Shown piece after piece: positions 51,810-64,000 of a DNA stretch of 64,000 nt (position 1 is the stretch's first letter; each line of letters opens with the position of its first letter). Below the pieces are notes generated by a model. It ran no database searches and had not been told where the DNA came from. It saw only the letters and a list, made by a program, of their open reading frames with translations. The DNA is from Phoronis australis (taxonomy: Eukaryota > Animalia > Phoronida), in assembly GCA_002633005.1 (NCBI GenBank), contig NMRA01000007.1, positions 1,673,042-1,737,041 on the forward strand, written 5' to 3'. Position numbers and translations under genes: made by a program.

Positions 51810-51995
51810 ATGCTGCAGCCTATTGTTGATTGCGTGGTCTTGCTTCTTGCCGGACGCCTCTTGCTCGCGCTATCTTGCTGGTTATGGGATCTCTACTTCA
51901 CCAGGTGCTGTATTGACAAGTCTTGCCCGCTGCCCCTACCGCCGGGCTCTATGGGCTGGCCCATAATTGGGGAGACCATCAGCGCTATCAAGAAC
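51810..51995 (+). CDS. CYP26: Cytochrome P450 family 26 (retinoic acid hydroxylase), exon 1; remaining exons apparently beyond window
   Basis: [62 protein letters not shown]|gtgagt: a signal-anchor plus the DxxCxLPLPPGxMGWPxxGET motif typical of CYP26. Phase-0 donor. Confidence 0.88.
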
Positions 51996-54900
51996 GTGAG
52001 TAATCGGAAATATTCGTTAACCTAATGGTAAAATCGTAAGAACAGGAGCTTGCAAGAAAATCAGAAATTAGTTTAGCTTAGAATGTGCGGCATCTCATTG
52101 GTAAATGAGTTGCTATGTACTAATTAGAAACATTAGACTGAAGTATCTAAGATATCTTAAAATCCTCCACTAATAAAAATACCGCAAGTCTGAGAAATAG
52201 ACGCAAACTTCGGCTTTTTAGGTAAAGTATGGAAATGACAATTTTGCACAGGGTTGCTTGTTCAGCTGGGAATTTAATACTATGGAACTCAAAGAAAACC
52301 AATTAATTAACCAGTTTGCATGGACATGCACATTTTGACTGCTGGATGCTATTATGTTAAAAAGGACCGGCAAGGTCACAGTGGTCAATTTGAAGGTACA
52401 ACGTGTCCTGTTCAGTCAAAGCACGATGGCCCCATCTCGCCCATATCGAAATAGCAAGCGAAGATTGCTGGTGCCTAATTGTATATGATTGAACTCTATT
52501 AGGCTTTGTACATTTTTTATGTAATGCTTCGACTTATCGTATCGAAGCAGTACGTAGGCATAGGGCTGCCCTGTTTAATCGGTATTATCTCGTTGCCTGA
52601 ACGCGTCTGAAACTAAATCTCCCACAATACCTCAGATTGCGAATGGCTGTTGCCGCATTACGGACTACGGTCCGTCTCCACGCCACCAATTCTTGTCTAC
52701 GACTTTGCAGCGTGACAAAAACCTTTCTCTATACCACAAGGTTTTTATTTAATATATTTCGCCTTGCGTGTGCGAATTTCGAGGACCCACCGTACAATGA
52801 CTTTGACGTTACTTGTTTACATTTCTACACATGCGCAAAAATTCTGATGTCGCTGTACTATGACATAACGGGCGATAAGGAGAAAGTCATGCCTTCACAT
52901 TAATTTGACGCTACGCGAGTTTTGCGACATACTCCTTTAAAGAATCACAATGCAAGGGTTAAAATAGCACTGTGTTTGCCTTCTTTTATTTTGTGCAAGT
53001 AAGTTTATGTGTTTGGAACATGGCATTCCATGTGATATGTAATGAAGTCGCATTGCGGATATCAGTGTCACAGAGCAACGTATTTTGATTGCACCGCATT
53101 TGCTTTTAGCGCGTGTGGTTTTGTTCAAATAATCACAGCGATGGTTTGTATCGAAATAAGATATGGCCTTTAACACTTACCCTTTCTCTCATCTACGATT
53201 ACCTCTTGCGGTATTAATTTTATTAGCTGTCAATACAACAATGGTTTCTTTGATAACTGAATTCTTCTTTTAAAAGAAACTAATTTACAATAAAAAAAGA
53301 AACTTAGCTTTCTCTCAATAGAAATGTCACAATAGGTGGCCGTGCTCTCTAAAGAAGAAGGTGCAATAAACCAGCGCCTTCTGTCAAAAAACAGTTTTGA
53401 TGCGTGTCACTTGGCTTTAAGAACTCGGCCTCATATTGTTCCTTCCCTAATTTAAATATGAACTCTATGTTTAAAACAGCACGCCAGACCCTTTAAGACG
53501 ATTGCCACGGTGGGTTAGTTTCAGTTACTGACAGAAGTAGTAGTACTCTCTGTGTCAAAGATTGGATATTGTCGTTCTTGGTGGATCGTCGTTCTCTATC
53601 ACTTGTTGTTTAACTCGCCAAAAGCTTAGGTAACGCTTGTCCGTTTGGCAGACTTTGTAAAGAGTTTCCAAAGTTTTCTCCAAGCTTTTGAGGGTTGTCG
53701 ACGGTTACAGGGCCCTTATTTTGTGTCAGAGAACTGGATGGTAAAGTCTGTTAATAGGCCAAAGCCGGGTTTGGTAACTTTTTTAGACGTGATAACTGCT
53801 TATACTTTTCCTTCCAAACGGGATTGGTCATTGATTGAGCAAAAATAACCATGTTTTGGAAGCGCAATGTGTTTTAAGGAACAAAATCGTGTTTGCGGCT
53901 GAAAAAAGGCATTTTTGGATGGTTATTAGACCGTATAGACTTCCTGGAGTTATAAAGTTTGACCAGGGTTACAAAACAACAAAATACCTTGTGTTTTGTG
54001 ATTCTGTTACAACTCGCCAATTCTCGCAGTTGTCTGCCAGTGATTCGTGGAAATCAAAGTCTGTGAACGTACCCGTTAAATACGTTTAAAATAACCGGGC
54101 ACTTATCGAGTGAGGTTTTGCTCCGTCAGTAAAGTGGTTGACTGCGACCACTGCTGGTGGGAGTCCAATTCTGCATTGAGGCGGACCTCAAAAACCACTT
54201 TTCTCGACGACAGTGTCACGTTGGGTATTGCTTCCACTGCGCGTGTGTTTACAACTAAGTTTTAAACCCGCATAGCCTTTCGAAAATGTTATCATTTTCG
54301 TTCAGTCGTTGTCATTCGTACAAACTACAGCGACTGGATGTTTGACTGGGCTGATTTCGGTTCCCCAATCTTAGTTGTAATTATGAATTAACACCACGAT
54401 GCATTCACACCATCGGTACTCATTTGCGTTAACGAATCTGTTATAGCGCCATTAGTTAAGTGCGTGCGTACTTCACTTATTGATCACGACAATGTTCACT
54501 TAGTTGTCCTTTGTTGCTGATTAGTTGAGACGTGTTCATTTTAGGAGGAGTGTATATTTATGTAAGATTCGGTTGTTTTTCCTTTCGGTATTTATACTGC
54601 TGATAGACGATGCCTGTATCCGTACCTGTTACTCGGTTGTTAAATTAAGAAAAGATAAAAATGTTTTTGAGATTTTGAAGTGTTGTGAACCGCGATAACA
54701 TTGAACCAATTGCTAACCGACATCATGGATCATCCAATCGGTATTGGCATAGTTCAATTTTTAGTAACGTTGCTGGATAAGAATAATCAACGTTAAAACC
54801 CAGCCGACAGCGGTGCAAGAATGTTATGCGTTCATTCATGGATTTGCGGTCAAATTACAAGCAACAACCTGCGAGCGTGTATCGGAAGTCTAATCTTATG

Positions 54901-56735
54901 ATGAGCACTAGTACCGTGTAACATCGTGTTTCATTATATTCTATCTTCAAACATTTGTAGGGCAATGTACACTGGCGGACCTCCGATGTCTCAAAAGGGG
55001 GCCGCGGACAATTTTCAAAAGGAACACTTTCGCACTACCCTAAAAACGATGGGCTTTCATTGTTTTATACATGGGCTTGCATGGGCGCGGTACACTAGTT
55101 CCTGGCAGAGACTAGACGGCTCTGATCTATTTTGGAAGCTAGTACAGCTATGAACGTTACTATATTTTCGGCTTATACAGGAAGCTGCCCTGGGCACAGG
55201 TGGTCGGAACGAGACTACGCTTCCGGTTGCACTAGAGGTACGCAGAAGTTTTACACCTGCGCTTACCCTGTGTGCTCTCTGTGCCAACGGACCTCAGTAT
55301 ATACATATATATAATGACACCCAAATTTCGATGAAGCCTGGAGATTAAGATGACAAACAAAAGACGATTAAATTAATCAAAAATTCATAAACAGTCGCTA
55401 ATTACACATTGAAAACTGTAGAAGTATCCGGTGCGATGATATTTTTAAGTGCGTGGCGTGTCTGAAATTCGAAATCCTTTTTCTGTTACTAAAGTATTAA
55501 TTATAGATAGAAGTGCAAATGATTCGTAGGTCGTATCCCAGTAAGATGCGAAAGTGCGACATTAAGAAGCTCAATTAAGGACCCTAAAAAAATATCCAAA
55601 TCTGGCAAACTTCGGAACACAATATTTCAAAAATTGGATGTTTGGATTCACATGCAACTTTCAGATATCATGCTTTAGGCACAGGAATTTTTTTCAAAAT
55701 GTTCCATTTTTGCATGAAAGATACCAGAAAACTGTAATGGTGTTTTTGAGATTTCATCTTAATATCTGAAATGAAATTTGGCCATGTTATCGATACTATT
55801 GTTTTACCATTTTGTCTTACTAAAAAGACATAGACATGGTCACATGACCCAATCAACAACAAACTGGTATTGTATATTTTTGCTCTGAAATATGAAGCTT
55901 TATAAGTGCAAAAAATATGTCGATGTGCCTGCGATAATTTTTCTTTCTTTTTCAAAAGTAGCGTTTCGTTTTTACATCTAAAAATAACACGTTTCAAAGT
56001 AGACTGTGTGCTGTCGCTGTTGAGGTGACTTAGAAAACAGTATTTTGTAAACCATAGCAAGGGCTGAAAAATGAAATGAAATATGACAGGGTCCGTGAAG
56101 ACTATAAAAAATCATGCTGAATACCAAAGACCTTCGGAATGAACGATATCAACCCAAAATGGAAAATCTCTCTGTGCGGTGTCCTTCTTTGCTTTTGTGC
56201 ACAAATTTATCATGCAATGGCTATAGTTAGTTCACACAATTAGTTATCTATAGACCGCAATCTGAAAATAGTTCGTCTGGTATTTTTAATTCATTATGTG
56301 GGTAACTTGGTTAAAAGGTGCGTTTCATTGTTGGCGCAACGTCAACAGAGGTACTTACGATATCAGCTGGGCGTTTAGTCCACTGTCACACTTAATAGCC
56401 GGGATAAACAGTTTCAACTTCGCATCAGTACTTCAATAGTTAAACGTCCAAGTGATTGGATAACAATGCCAATAACCATGTGGTTATAAGAAACAGAATT
56501 ATACTAGTAACAGCCCTAAACAGTAACTGTAAATTGTGTTGTGTTGGTATAGCAGTGATAATAGCAATAACATATTAATTGTTTTGATCTCTACGGATAG
56601 AATGAGGTGCCAAATACACAAAGGCGGGGGCAGTGCACATGCAAAGCAGCCAGTAGTAACTATAACATCATGTTAGTAGTATTTCAAGCAGCCAGACATT
56701 CATTTTATCGTAGACCTGGGTAAACAGGTAGCACA

Positions 56736-56887
56736 CAGTTGCGGATTTAGAAGGGGGCAAGGGGGCCATGCCCCCACTAAAATTTTCCCAGACTCTATTT
56801 GGCAGTTCGGGGTTGCGAATGTCTGAAGGGCAAAATCTTGGCTAATACCCCGACCCCCCGTAACTCGAAATCCTGGATCCGCCCCTG
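56736..56887. mobile_element. MITE family A copy
   Basis: CAGTTGCGGATTT...GGATCCGCCCCTG; degenerate TSD GCACA/GCATT. Confidence 0.85.
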
Positions 56888-57549
56888 GCATTTATCAAAA
56901 ACAAATGCCAGCTTATAGATCAGACGATCGGGTGCATGACACTTTCTGAATGGTCTGGATTCGTATCCCACAAAACTGTGCTCTAAGATGCGCGCGCATC
57001 GATTTCCACCGCCCGTAAAAAGGTCAATGTAATAGAAATACTGTATAAGCAGCAGTGTTCACGATAACAAAAGTTCATTTTCAAAATCAAACCTACCGCA
57101 AAGTAGCTCGTTTTCAAGCATGACATTTCAGTATTTAGGCCAACATGGATTTGTTTTGACACTTGCCTATCTTATAAATTGTTGCATTGTTTTGGACCCT
57201 GATAAGTCAGTAAGCCAGAAAAACACTTTTTTTAACTTTTCGGTGCAATGTACTGTGTCAAGTCACGTATTTCCTAGACTCTTTTCAACTTGGTTGAAAT
57301 GATAAAGAATCCATCATTGGATTAGTGAAGACAATAAGGTCATCACAGTTACAATGTATTTTCATGAAATAAAATTTAAAGAAATTGTTTTTCCTTCTGT
57401 TACATCACATTCAGTTCTAGGGAAATCCGATTTACGGTCAAAAACGTGTTTTGGGGATTGTTGTTGGATGGGATAGACTTCTTGGAGTTACTAGCTTTGA
57501 CCAATGAGAGCTATGCAAATCGCCAATTCTCGCCGTTGTCTGCCAGACA

Positions 57550-57661
57550 CAGTGGCAGATTCCATTTGGCAGTTCGGGTGTGCGAACTATGTCTGACGGG
57601 CAAACACCTGGCTAATACTCTGCCCTGGCTCCCCAAACTCAAACTCCTGGATCCGCCCCTG
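57550..57661. mobile_element. MITE family A copy, internally deleted, nested in a TTAA element
   Basis: Both termini intact; perfect TSD AGACA. Confidence 0.85.
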
Positions 57662-59151
57662 AGACATTCGCTGAAATCAAGGACCGTGACTTTACCAGAT
57701 ATATAGATACATATCCATAAAGTACTCAGTCATTTATGGGGTGGGGTTGAACTCCGCCAGTAGAGAGCTGGGCTGCTACCACGGGAGTTGTTGGTTCGAT
57801 TCTGCGCTGCGAGGCTGATCGCAGAAAATCAGTTTCCCCGTTGAGATCGCTTTAAGTGGATCATAGCTTAAATGATAGAAACAATTATGCAGTACTTGTT
57901 AACATAATGCAATAATCGAAATGATGGAATCATTCTACTATTTACCTTACGTTTTAACTCACATAATATTATCATAATGAAATTCCTTACACAACTCCAC
58001 GCCATCCTTGGTATGCTTTGAGGATGGGTAATACTGAGACTAAAGCCCTAATTATCGCCGTAAACTTTAGACATAATAACCTTTGTTTACCATGCCGATC
58101 CCTCATTTTCTTGAAATGGTCCAACAGAAAACGAAAATGTGCAGTTACGAAGAATTTGTGTCGGCACGTGTTTTGTTTACGGAAGAAATCGTATCTGTTG
58201 TACTAACCAAAACAATTAGCTCTCGTAGACGATAGTGCAGTTCCGTAAGGCAAACGTACCGAGTTAGACGACAGTTGAGCCCTGTTGTTAACAGCCTGTT
58301 ACGCGACGTTTTTAAGAAATTTTACATTCTGCACCCATGTAGATAATGAGCATGCTAACAGTCATCGCATCAGTCAAAACTGACAAAACAATTATCGGCG
58401 GCCAAGGAGGTCAATGTTAGAAGTAAAGCTTTCTCGAGAGGGTGTTTTTTTTATAAAACGGCAAAAAAATCCTTTGCTGCAGTAGTCCAGACCATTGTTG
58501 ACACTTTCCGCAGAACATAGTTCTTTGGCGTACTTTGGAATCAGTTGCTTTGATAAACTGAAAATGGCTGTGTTAGCACTGAATAATTTCCTATATTTTC
58601 GGCCACCCATAAACTTTGCCAGAGAAGATCATTGCCCTACATACTTAACATATATAAGTCAAATAATTATGAGCTGTTACACGCTTTTAAATAGTTGATT
58701 TTTTCTTGAGAGGCTAAAAAGTGAAACGTTGCGTGACGATTTGCGGTCAAAACGGATGTTTTAGCTTCGTGCGTGTTTCGGTTCGTGACGAGTGCAGTTG
58801 CGCTGGTAGCAAGTGTCGACAAGTTATAACATTTTCGAAAACATGACGTACATATTGCACGAACAAGTAACCTGTAATTCATTATAAGAATAACTTATTG
58901 TGACATTCACATTGAACAAAAGAAATAAGACACTTTAATTCTGTTGCTCACGTTTTGAACCAGTTTTGATGAGCGTTTTATTTTGAATTAACCCTGATAT
59001 CGCCAGCTTCCATTTGACACCTGGTTCTTATTTACAAAGTGACTTTTAGAATAAAAATGACACTCTCAAATATCTATACGCAAATGTGCAACACCGCTTT
59101 AATTCTCGGCACCGGCTTCTGTTGATTCTGCTGAGCTTCCTCAGAATCCTG

Positions 59152-59290
59152 GCTCCCGTTCAGTAACGCTAGGACCTCGCTAAAAAGCAAGACTTCGCGA
59201 GATTACGTGAGATATTGCCGTGCATTTCAAATGAGAACACGTGACTTTGACTAGGTTTTAGCTAGGTCCTAGCCTCTACTGAACGCACGC
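59152..59290. mobile_element. MITE family B copy (opposite orientation)
   Basis: CTG|GCTCCCGTTCAGTAACGCTAGGACCT...CTGAACGCACGC|CTT. Confidence 0.82.
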
Positions 59291-60257
59291 CTTTTCTCAT
59301 AAGTTCGGAGGAAGCCAAAGTGAGCAAAAGAACTTCTGGTGTTGTGTTGAAGTAGCACTTGCTTTAAAGAAAATTTGCTGCTAACATACACAAATATAAC
59401 CATATATACACATATTATTGCGCCAATAATTGCACATAGTGAGGATATCGGCGACACGCCAGCAGCTATGTATGTTTCACGGAGTTCGGTAAAACAAGGC
59501 GTGCAAACGACGAGGAACAAACATCTTTTGCCCCCTGCTGTCTGCTGGGGTTCAAATTCCAACCTGTAATTTAGCGTTATGCAAGGCAAGGGGTCATCGG
59601 TAGTCCAGCGAAGTCATGTCGTAATCTATGCACCTTTATTGTGTTAGCCCATTGAAAGTGATGTCGTAACGAGATTAATATTTGGTTCGCATCGCTGTAG
59701 CAAATCCTTTCGACAAGGTTCAAACAGAGGTCAGGTATGGTGGATGATGTTTTGTCCAGCTCAGTGAAGCTCTGAACCATGCAAGCGCAGAGGTGAGGAG
59801 TCCGTTATCCGGGGCCGTGGGGTATAGTTGCCTATATTTTGACGGGACCCATTTGTAAAGAGCTTCCATGAGAAAGTGGCCCTTTTGTGGGGCTTTGTTC
59901 CAAAACCATCACCCTTCTGTGCATTTGTGTGCATTTGCCAGTGAATTATCATAGGTGTGGATGTACCAGGGGGCTCGATAAGTTGGCTTGTCACCTGGGC
60001 TTCTCACGGCGTGTCATTTTATGCGACAGGTCTTAAGCACTACCGAATTGTCAATTCTTTCACGCTCCAGAAATCATTCCTCTTCCAAATCGGGAACAAG
60101 TTGAGGCCAGCTTTAAGCGGAAAGTCGTCTAAATCAATTTTCGACGAACAAAGACGGTGTATAGACGCGAAAAAGCTATACATAAAGTAGTTCTCCTCTA
60201 GCGAGCTCTTCCCCCACTTTCTTCATAAGGCAACACCAGCGTGCATCATCTCACTAT

Positions 60258-60260
60258 AAT

Positions 60261-60308
<48 letters not shown>

Positions 60309-60325
60309 AATAATAATAATAATAA
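60258..60325. repeat. (ACA)n(ATA)n microsatellite
   Basis: Directly visible. Confidence 0.95.
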
Positions 60326-62747
60326 AGATAAAATACAACAGATATATCTAGTAAGAGTTATCTCCACATGTTACCACGTGAAGGTATTTTGAGTTGAAAA
60401 GAGAATGACATTATCTTGTAATCTTGGGCTTCAAAAGCTATGCTAAGGGACCATTTATGCTTTTGATAACTGGGCGTCATTTCTGCCGCTTCAGTCCCTT
60501 ACCGATACTTTTCAATTCCTATTCAACCTGAAACGTTTTTGCTGTACTATTTTGAGGGCATTCTACAAATGTGGTGGTCTGCCACATTTTGTTTGGTAGG
60601 TGAGTCGACTGACGGTCGAGTTCGTCTCACAAGCTGTCTCTTCTCCCAGTTTTGTCACGAGAGCGCGCAGTCTACTAACGCTTTTCTGATCCCGTGAGCC
60701 CGGTGCGCGCGCTTTGGTGATTGTGTTCACTGAGTTGCCAGGTCATCACTGTGACAATGCGATGACCGGACTTTGCTTGTTCACAACTAGTACAGACGGG
60801 TAACCAAACCCACCAAACTAGATTACATAAGTTCGTTAATGTTTGGTCATCCACATATTTTTTGAAACCTAGTTTGGTGGAGTTGGTAAAAAACCAATCG
60901 GCAAACAGCAGAAAGTCATGTGATAATCAATCTGCAATTTGATAGCCTCCATGAAAGAGTTTAACAAACAAAGCATACATTACATAATAACCGCACACCC
61001 AAACACCAGAAAACACTATAATCCCGAAACTGGCGAATGTAGTGTGTCGCGAGGGAGACCCCCATCCCCCTCCTCAACCCCTTTTTTCAAAGCGTCCTTA
61101 TCAAATATTCTCAAATTTTGGAGGAGTCAAAGATATGCTCTATGCTCAGTGCATTTTTATTCCGTGCTGTAGACTACGGCCTAAGTTTCTCTTTACTTCG
61201 GTGACAAAGCACTTCTCAGCAACTGCAAACCAATTACGGAGGCAGACGTTCTCCCACGTTTTGTCTGTTCTCGGTTACAGTCAAAACTATTGTTTTCCCT
61301 CATATAATTCTCTCCAAATTGCCAACTCAACCAAACACGACCAAGCATTTTGGCAGAGTTTGCTGGTGTGGACTAGTACATCAGTAAACTCGCCAGAGTC
61401 TCTCTAAACATAGCGACTTGAAATGTTTCCACTTAAATGTCGCTGTTCTTGTCACAGGAAAATCTCCACAGATGTCGTGAAATTCAACGTGTTTCTTTAC
61501 TCAGCGGAGTAAATGAAGATTGTTTTTAGGGATAACTTTAGAAGCGCTTCCCGCATCATTGGCGTAAAATTTATTTCTTTTACGCACTGTGATTGCCGAA
61601 CTCGGGCCAACGGGCCTATTAAAATTGGAAGGGAAAAAGGACAAAAGACTAACATGGTCCATAGGTCCTCCAAATCGGCCGATTGACTCGAGGACGTGTT
61701 GGTTAATCATACTTACGCTTTTCTAAAGTGATCCCTGATTTTGCACTAGAATGACATCAAGTTTTCAAACAACGCCGAAATGATCAGATGTTCAACGTGT
61801 GTTAGGAATCAGGATGTTACTTTTGAAAATGAGAAATCTGGCATAAAACGGATTCAGCAGAGTTTCGCTGAAATCTGACTTGAATAAGATCATAATACAG
61901 AAATGGCTGATCGGTGTCTTACCTCGCGTATTTTCCCTAACGCAAGGTAACAGCATTTCATAAGTTTCAACTGGTTCAATATTCGAGAGTTGTTCTGACT
62001 CAGTACTCGAGAGTGTATGAACTTTGACGAAAGTAAAAACAAACGTTGACCCTAGTCTAGACTTGACAGGTTTATTTCTGTCGCACATTAATTCAAAAGT
62101 CCCGGCTGCGATACAACCTCGTGGCCCCGTGTCACGAAAGCGTTGAATAATGATATTTATGACACGGTTCAAGTGTTGACTGCTACTGCTGCACGGTTAA
62201 AAAAAAATAATGCGTTCTCAACTCTGCTCTGACTGCACAGCAAGTATGTCACCACTGTTACTATCTCTTGTTACTATTGGTTGTTTCGGGTTTTCAAAAT
62301 ACTTGTCACTATTTGTTGCACTGAAACTAAAATTTACGCTTTATTTTTATAGACTCTCTCGGCCAGTATTCTTAGAATATAATGTTTAAATCATTGCAAT
62401 GTCACTGCAAAAATGCTTAACCTTCAAAATCCTGTTACGTCCCAGCGGGGTATGTGGTCTAATGATCAAATACTATATCGCTGTCTCCAAACGAATCTAA
62501 GTTGGTCATAACAAGATGAGGGTTTGGCTTATTCGGTATCACAATAAATGTCGAGTTTTCCAGTCCATTGGACATTTTTTTATATCCAGCGAACGATGAA
62601 ACATCGTTATGGACTTTTGTGCGCCGTGGGTTCATTCGTCGGTCAACCAGAAATGAGACTTGTTACCAATCTCGCCAGAACAAACAGAAATGAATCTTAG
62701 GTATTCTTGTGTCAGAGGGCGCAGTACCTATACAAAGTTACATATTT

Positions 62748-62899
62748 CATTTGGGGATCTAGGATGTCGTAAAAGGTGGACGCCAACAACATTGTTTGAA
62801 GGGGAAACGTCATCGTACCCCTTAAAAACATCATACCGACGACTTTTTGGTTGTGTCTGCAGAGGGGGAGGGGTCCTGCCGCCCCTAAATCCGCCTATG
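62748..62899. mobile_element. Related 5-bp-TSD MITE (inverted relative at about 33608..33737)
   Basis: CATTTGGGGATCTAGG...CTAAATCCGCCTATG with TSD TATTT. Shares TAGGATGTCGTAAA with the 33608 copy. Confidence 0.7.
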
Positions 62900-64000
62900 T
62901 ATTTTCTTCATATTTTGAGTTGCTGAAGGCTCGTGTTGAACGTCATGTTACCTATGAAATTACGTCATAAAATGAAACAACCCACCGATTTCCTGTTGAC
63001 TTCAACTCACATTCACCTAAGTATGCGAATTTTATCAAAACATTTTCAAACAAAGATTCCTAAACAGTAAACGGTCAGTAGATCACGTACATCTTTTCAT
63101 AGGACGTTGGAAATATGCGCTAAAACGCACCGACAGACATTTTGGTGTCGGAATACAGTTTTCTCCCACGGGGACTATCGGCCAAGTTTGAAGCCTGGGA
63201 GTCTTTTAATTTACTTCATTTACTAAAATCAGTCACGACGTTGTGACTGTGTAATGTTATTAGTCCCCATTGTTGCTTTTATTGCAAATTAATGGCTGGT
63301 TAAATTGTTTTTCAAATGAAGATGCCTGGAAGATATAAATAGATTGTTCTTATCAATAGAGGGCTTATGCTCAAAATGTAAACAACTTGTTTAAAAGTTG
63401 GAGCAAATTTATGGTTTTGCTCGGAGTCCTTTAGATTACTGTCTTAAATTTCAGCTTCATCAAATTTTGCAAGAACTCGGTATGATGATGTCCTATGTCA
63501 GTGTAGCGCACCGTGTATACGCGTATTTTGGCCACATAGTGCTATAATTATGTGAAATACTTGAATAAAACTAAGTATCAAGAGTGTCTGAGTGAAGCTT
63601 GACTTGTTCGTTTCAAGATGATAGATGCTGGCGTTTTCACACTGCAATATTAACTATATTTAAATGAAAATGTTAACTAATGGACAATAGCCACATTAAA
63701 AATACCCAGTTTGAAATGTGTTCATACAGAACGGAAGTCCCCCTGGTCTGTAGCTTGGGGTTTAGCAGCATCTGCGGGAAATATTTCAAGAATAGTTTTT
63801 TTTTCAAAAACGCATTATTTCGAAAATAGGCGCATGGGCCTCCATACGTACTTATACGGTATGTACATAGTCAACTCAAAATTACCAAAAATATGCGTAT
63901 TTAGGCGCATTGCCTATAATTGAAATAATGCGTATTTTCAAAGACATTTTGACTTCAGTCACTTACGCACATAGACTTTACGTCTTTGCGTCTAAGCTTC

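Noticed and set aside
63482-63591. C/D-box snoRNA-like ATGATGA...CTGA
   Set aside because: No proper terminal stem or recognisable rRNA antisense element.
63795-63830. FSKTHYF as possible CYP26 exon 2
   Set aside because: The surrounding residues do not fit the YG.VFKTH.+G.PT+RV pattern, and the frame closes soon after.

Overview
Eukaryotic genomic DNA, AT-rich with GT-AG introns, most likely from a marine invertebrate (species not determinable here). Most ORF-track entries are spurious. Four spliced genes are readable. (1) The 3' part of an ankyrin-repeat/SOCS-box (ASB) gene, +: join(1975..2158,3240..3797,4671..4879,6058..6233). (2) A complete ZFPL1, -: complement(join(16325..16426,14519..14639,13863..14056,12373..12799,11560..11680,10620..10809)), 384 aa. 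(3) A complete NEPRO/C3orf17, +, head-to-head with ZFPL1: join(16872..16953,18369..18526,19192..19265,19856..19981,21803..21880,22180..22273,23244..23448,24750..25840), 635 aa, with a U12-type intron at 19982..21802. (4) Exon 1 of a CYP26 retinoic-acid hydroxylase (51810..51995), behind a TATA/CCAAT promoter. About 26 kb of gene-free, CpG-rich DNA precedes CYP26. It holds a perfect DR5 retinoic-acid response element (43128..43144) and a G.U-biased nested hairpin/pseudoknot (46384..46514). The rest is non-autonomous transposons (5-bp-TSD hAT5-like, CWG-TSD Harbinger-like, an 8-bp-TSD P-like element, TTAA elements), tRNA-derived SINEs, an L1/Tx1 3' remnant and simple repeats. I found no confidently novel multi-gene system. 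Family assignments are from recalled motifs, not database searches.
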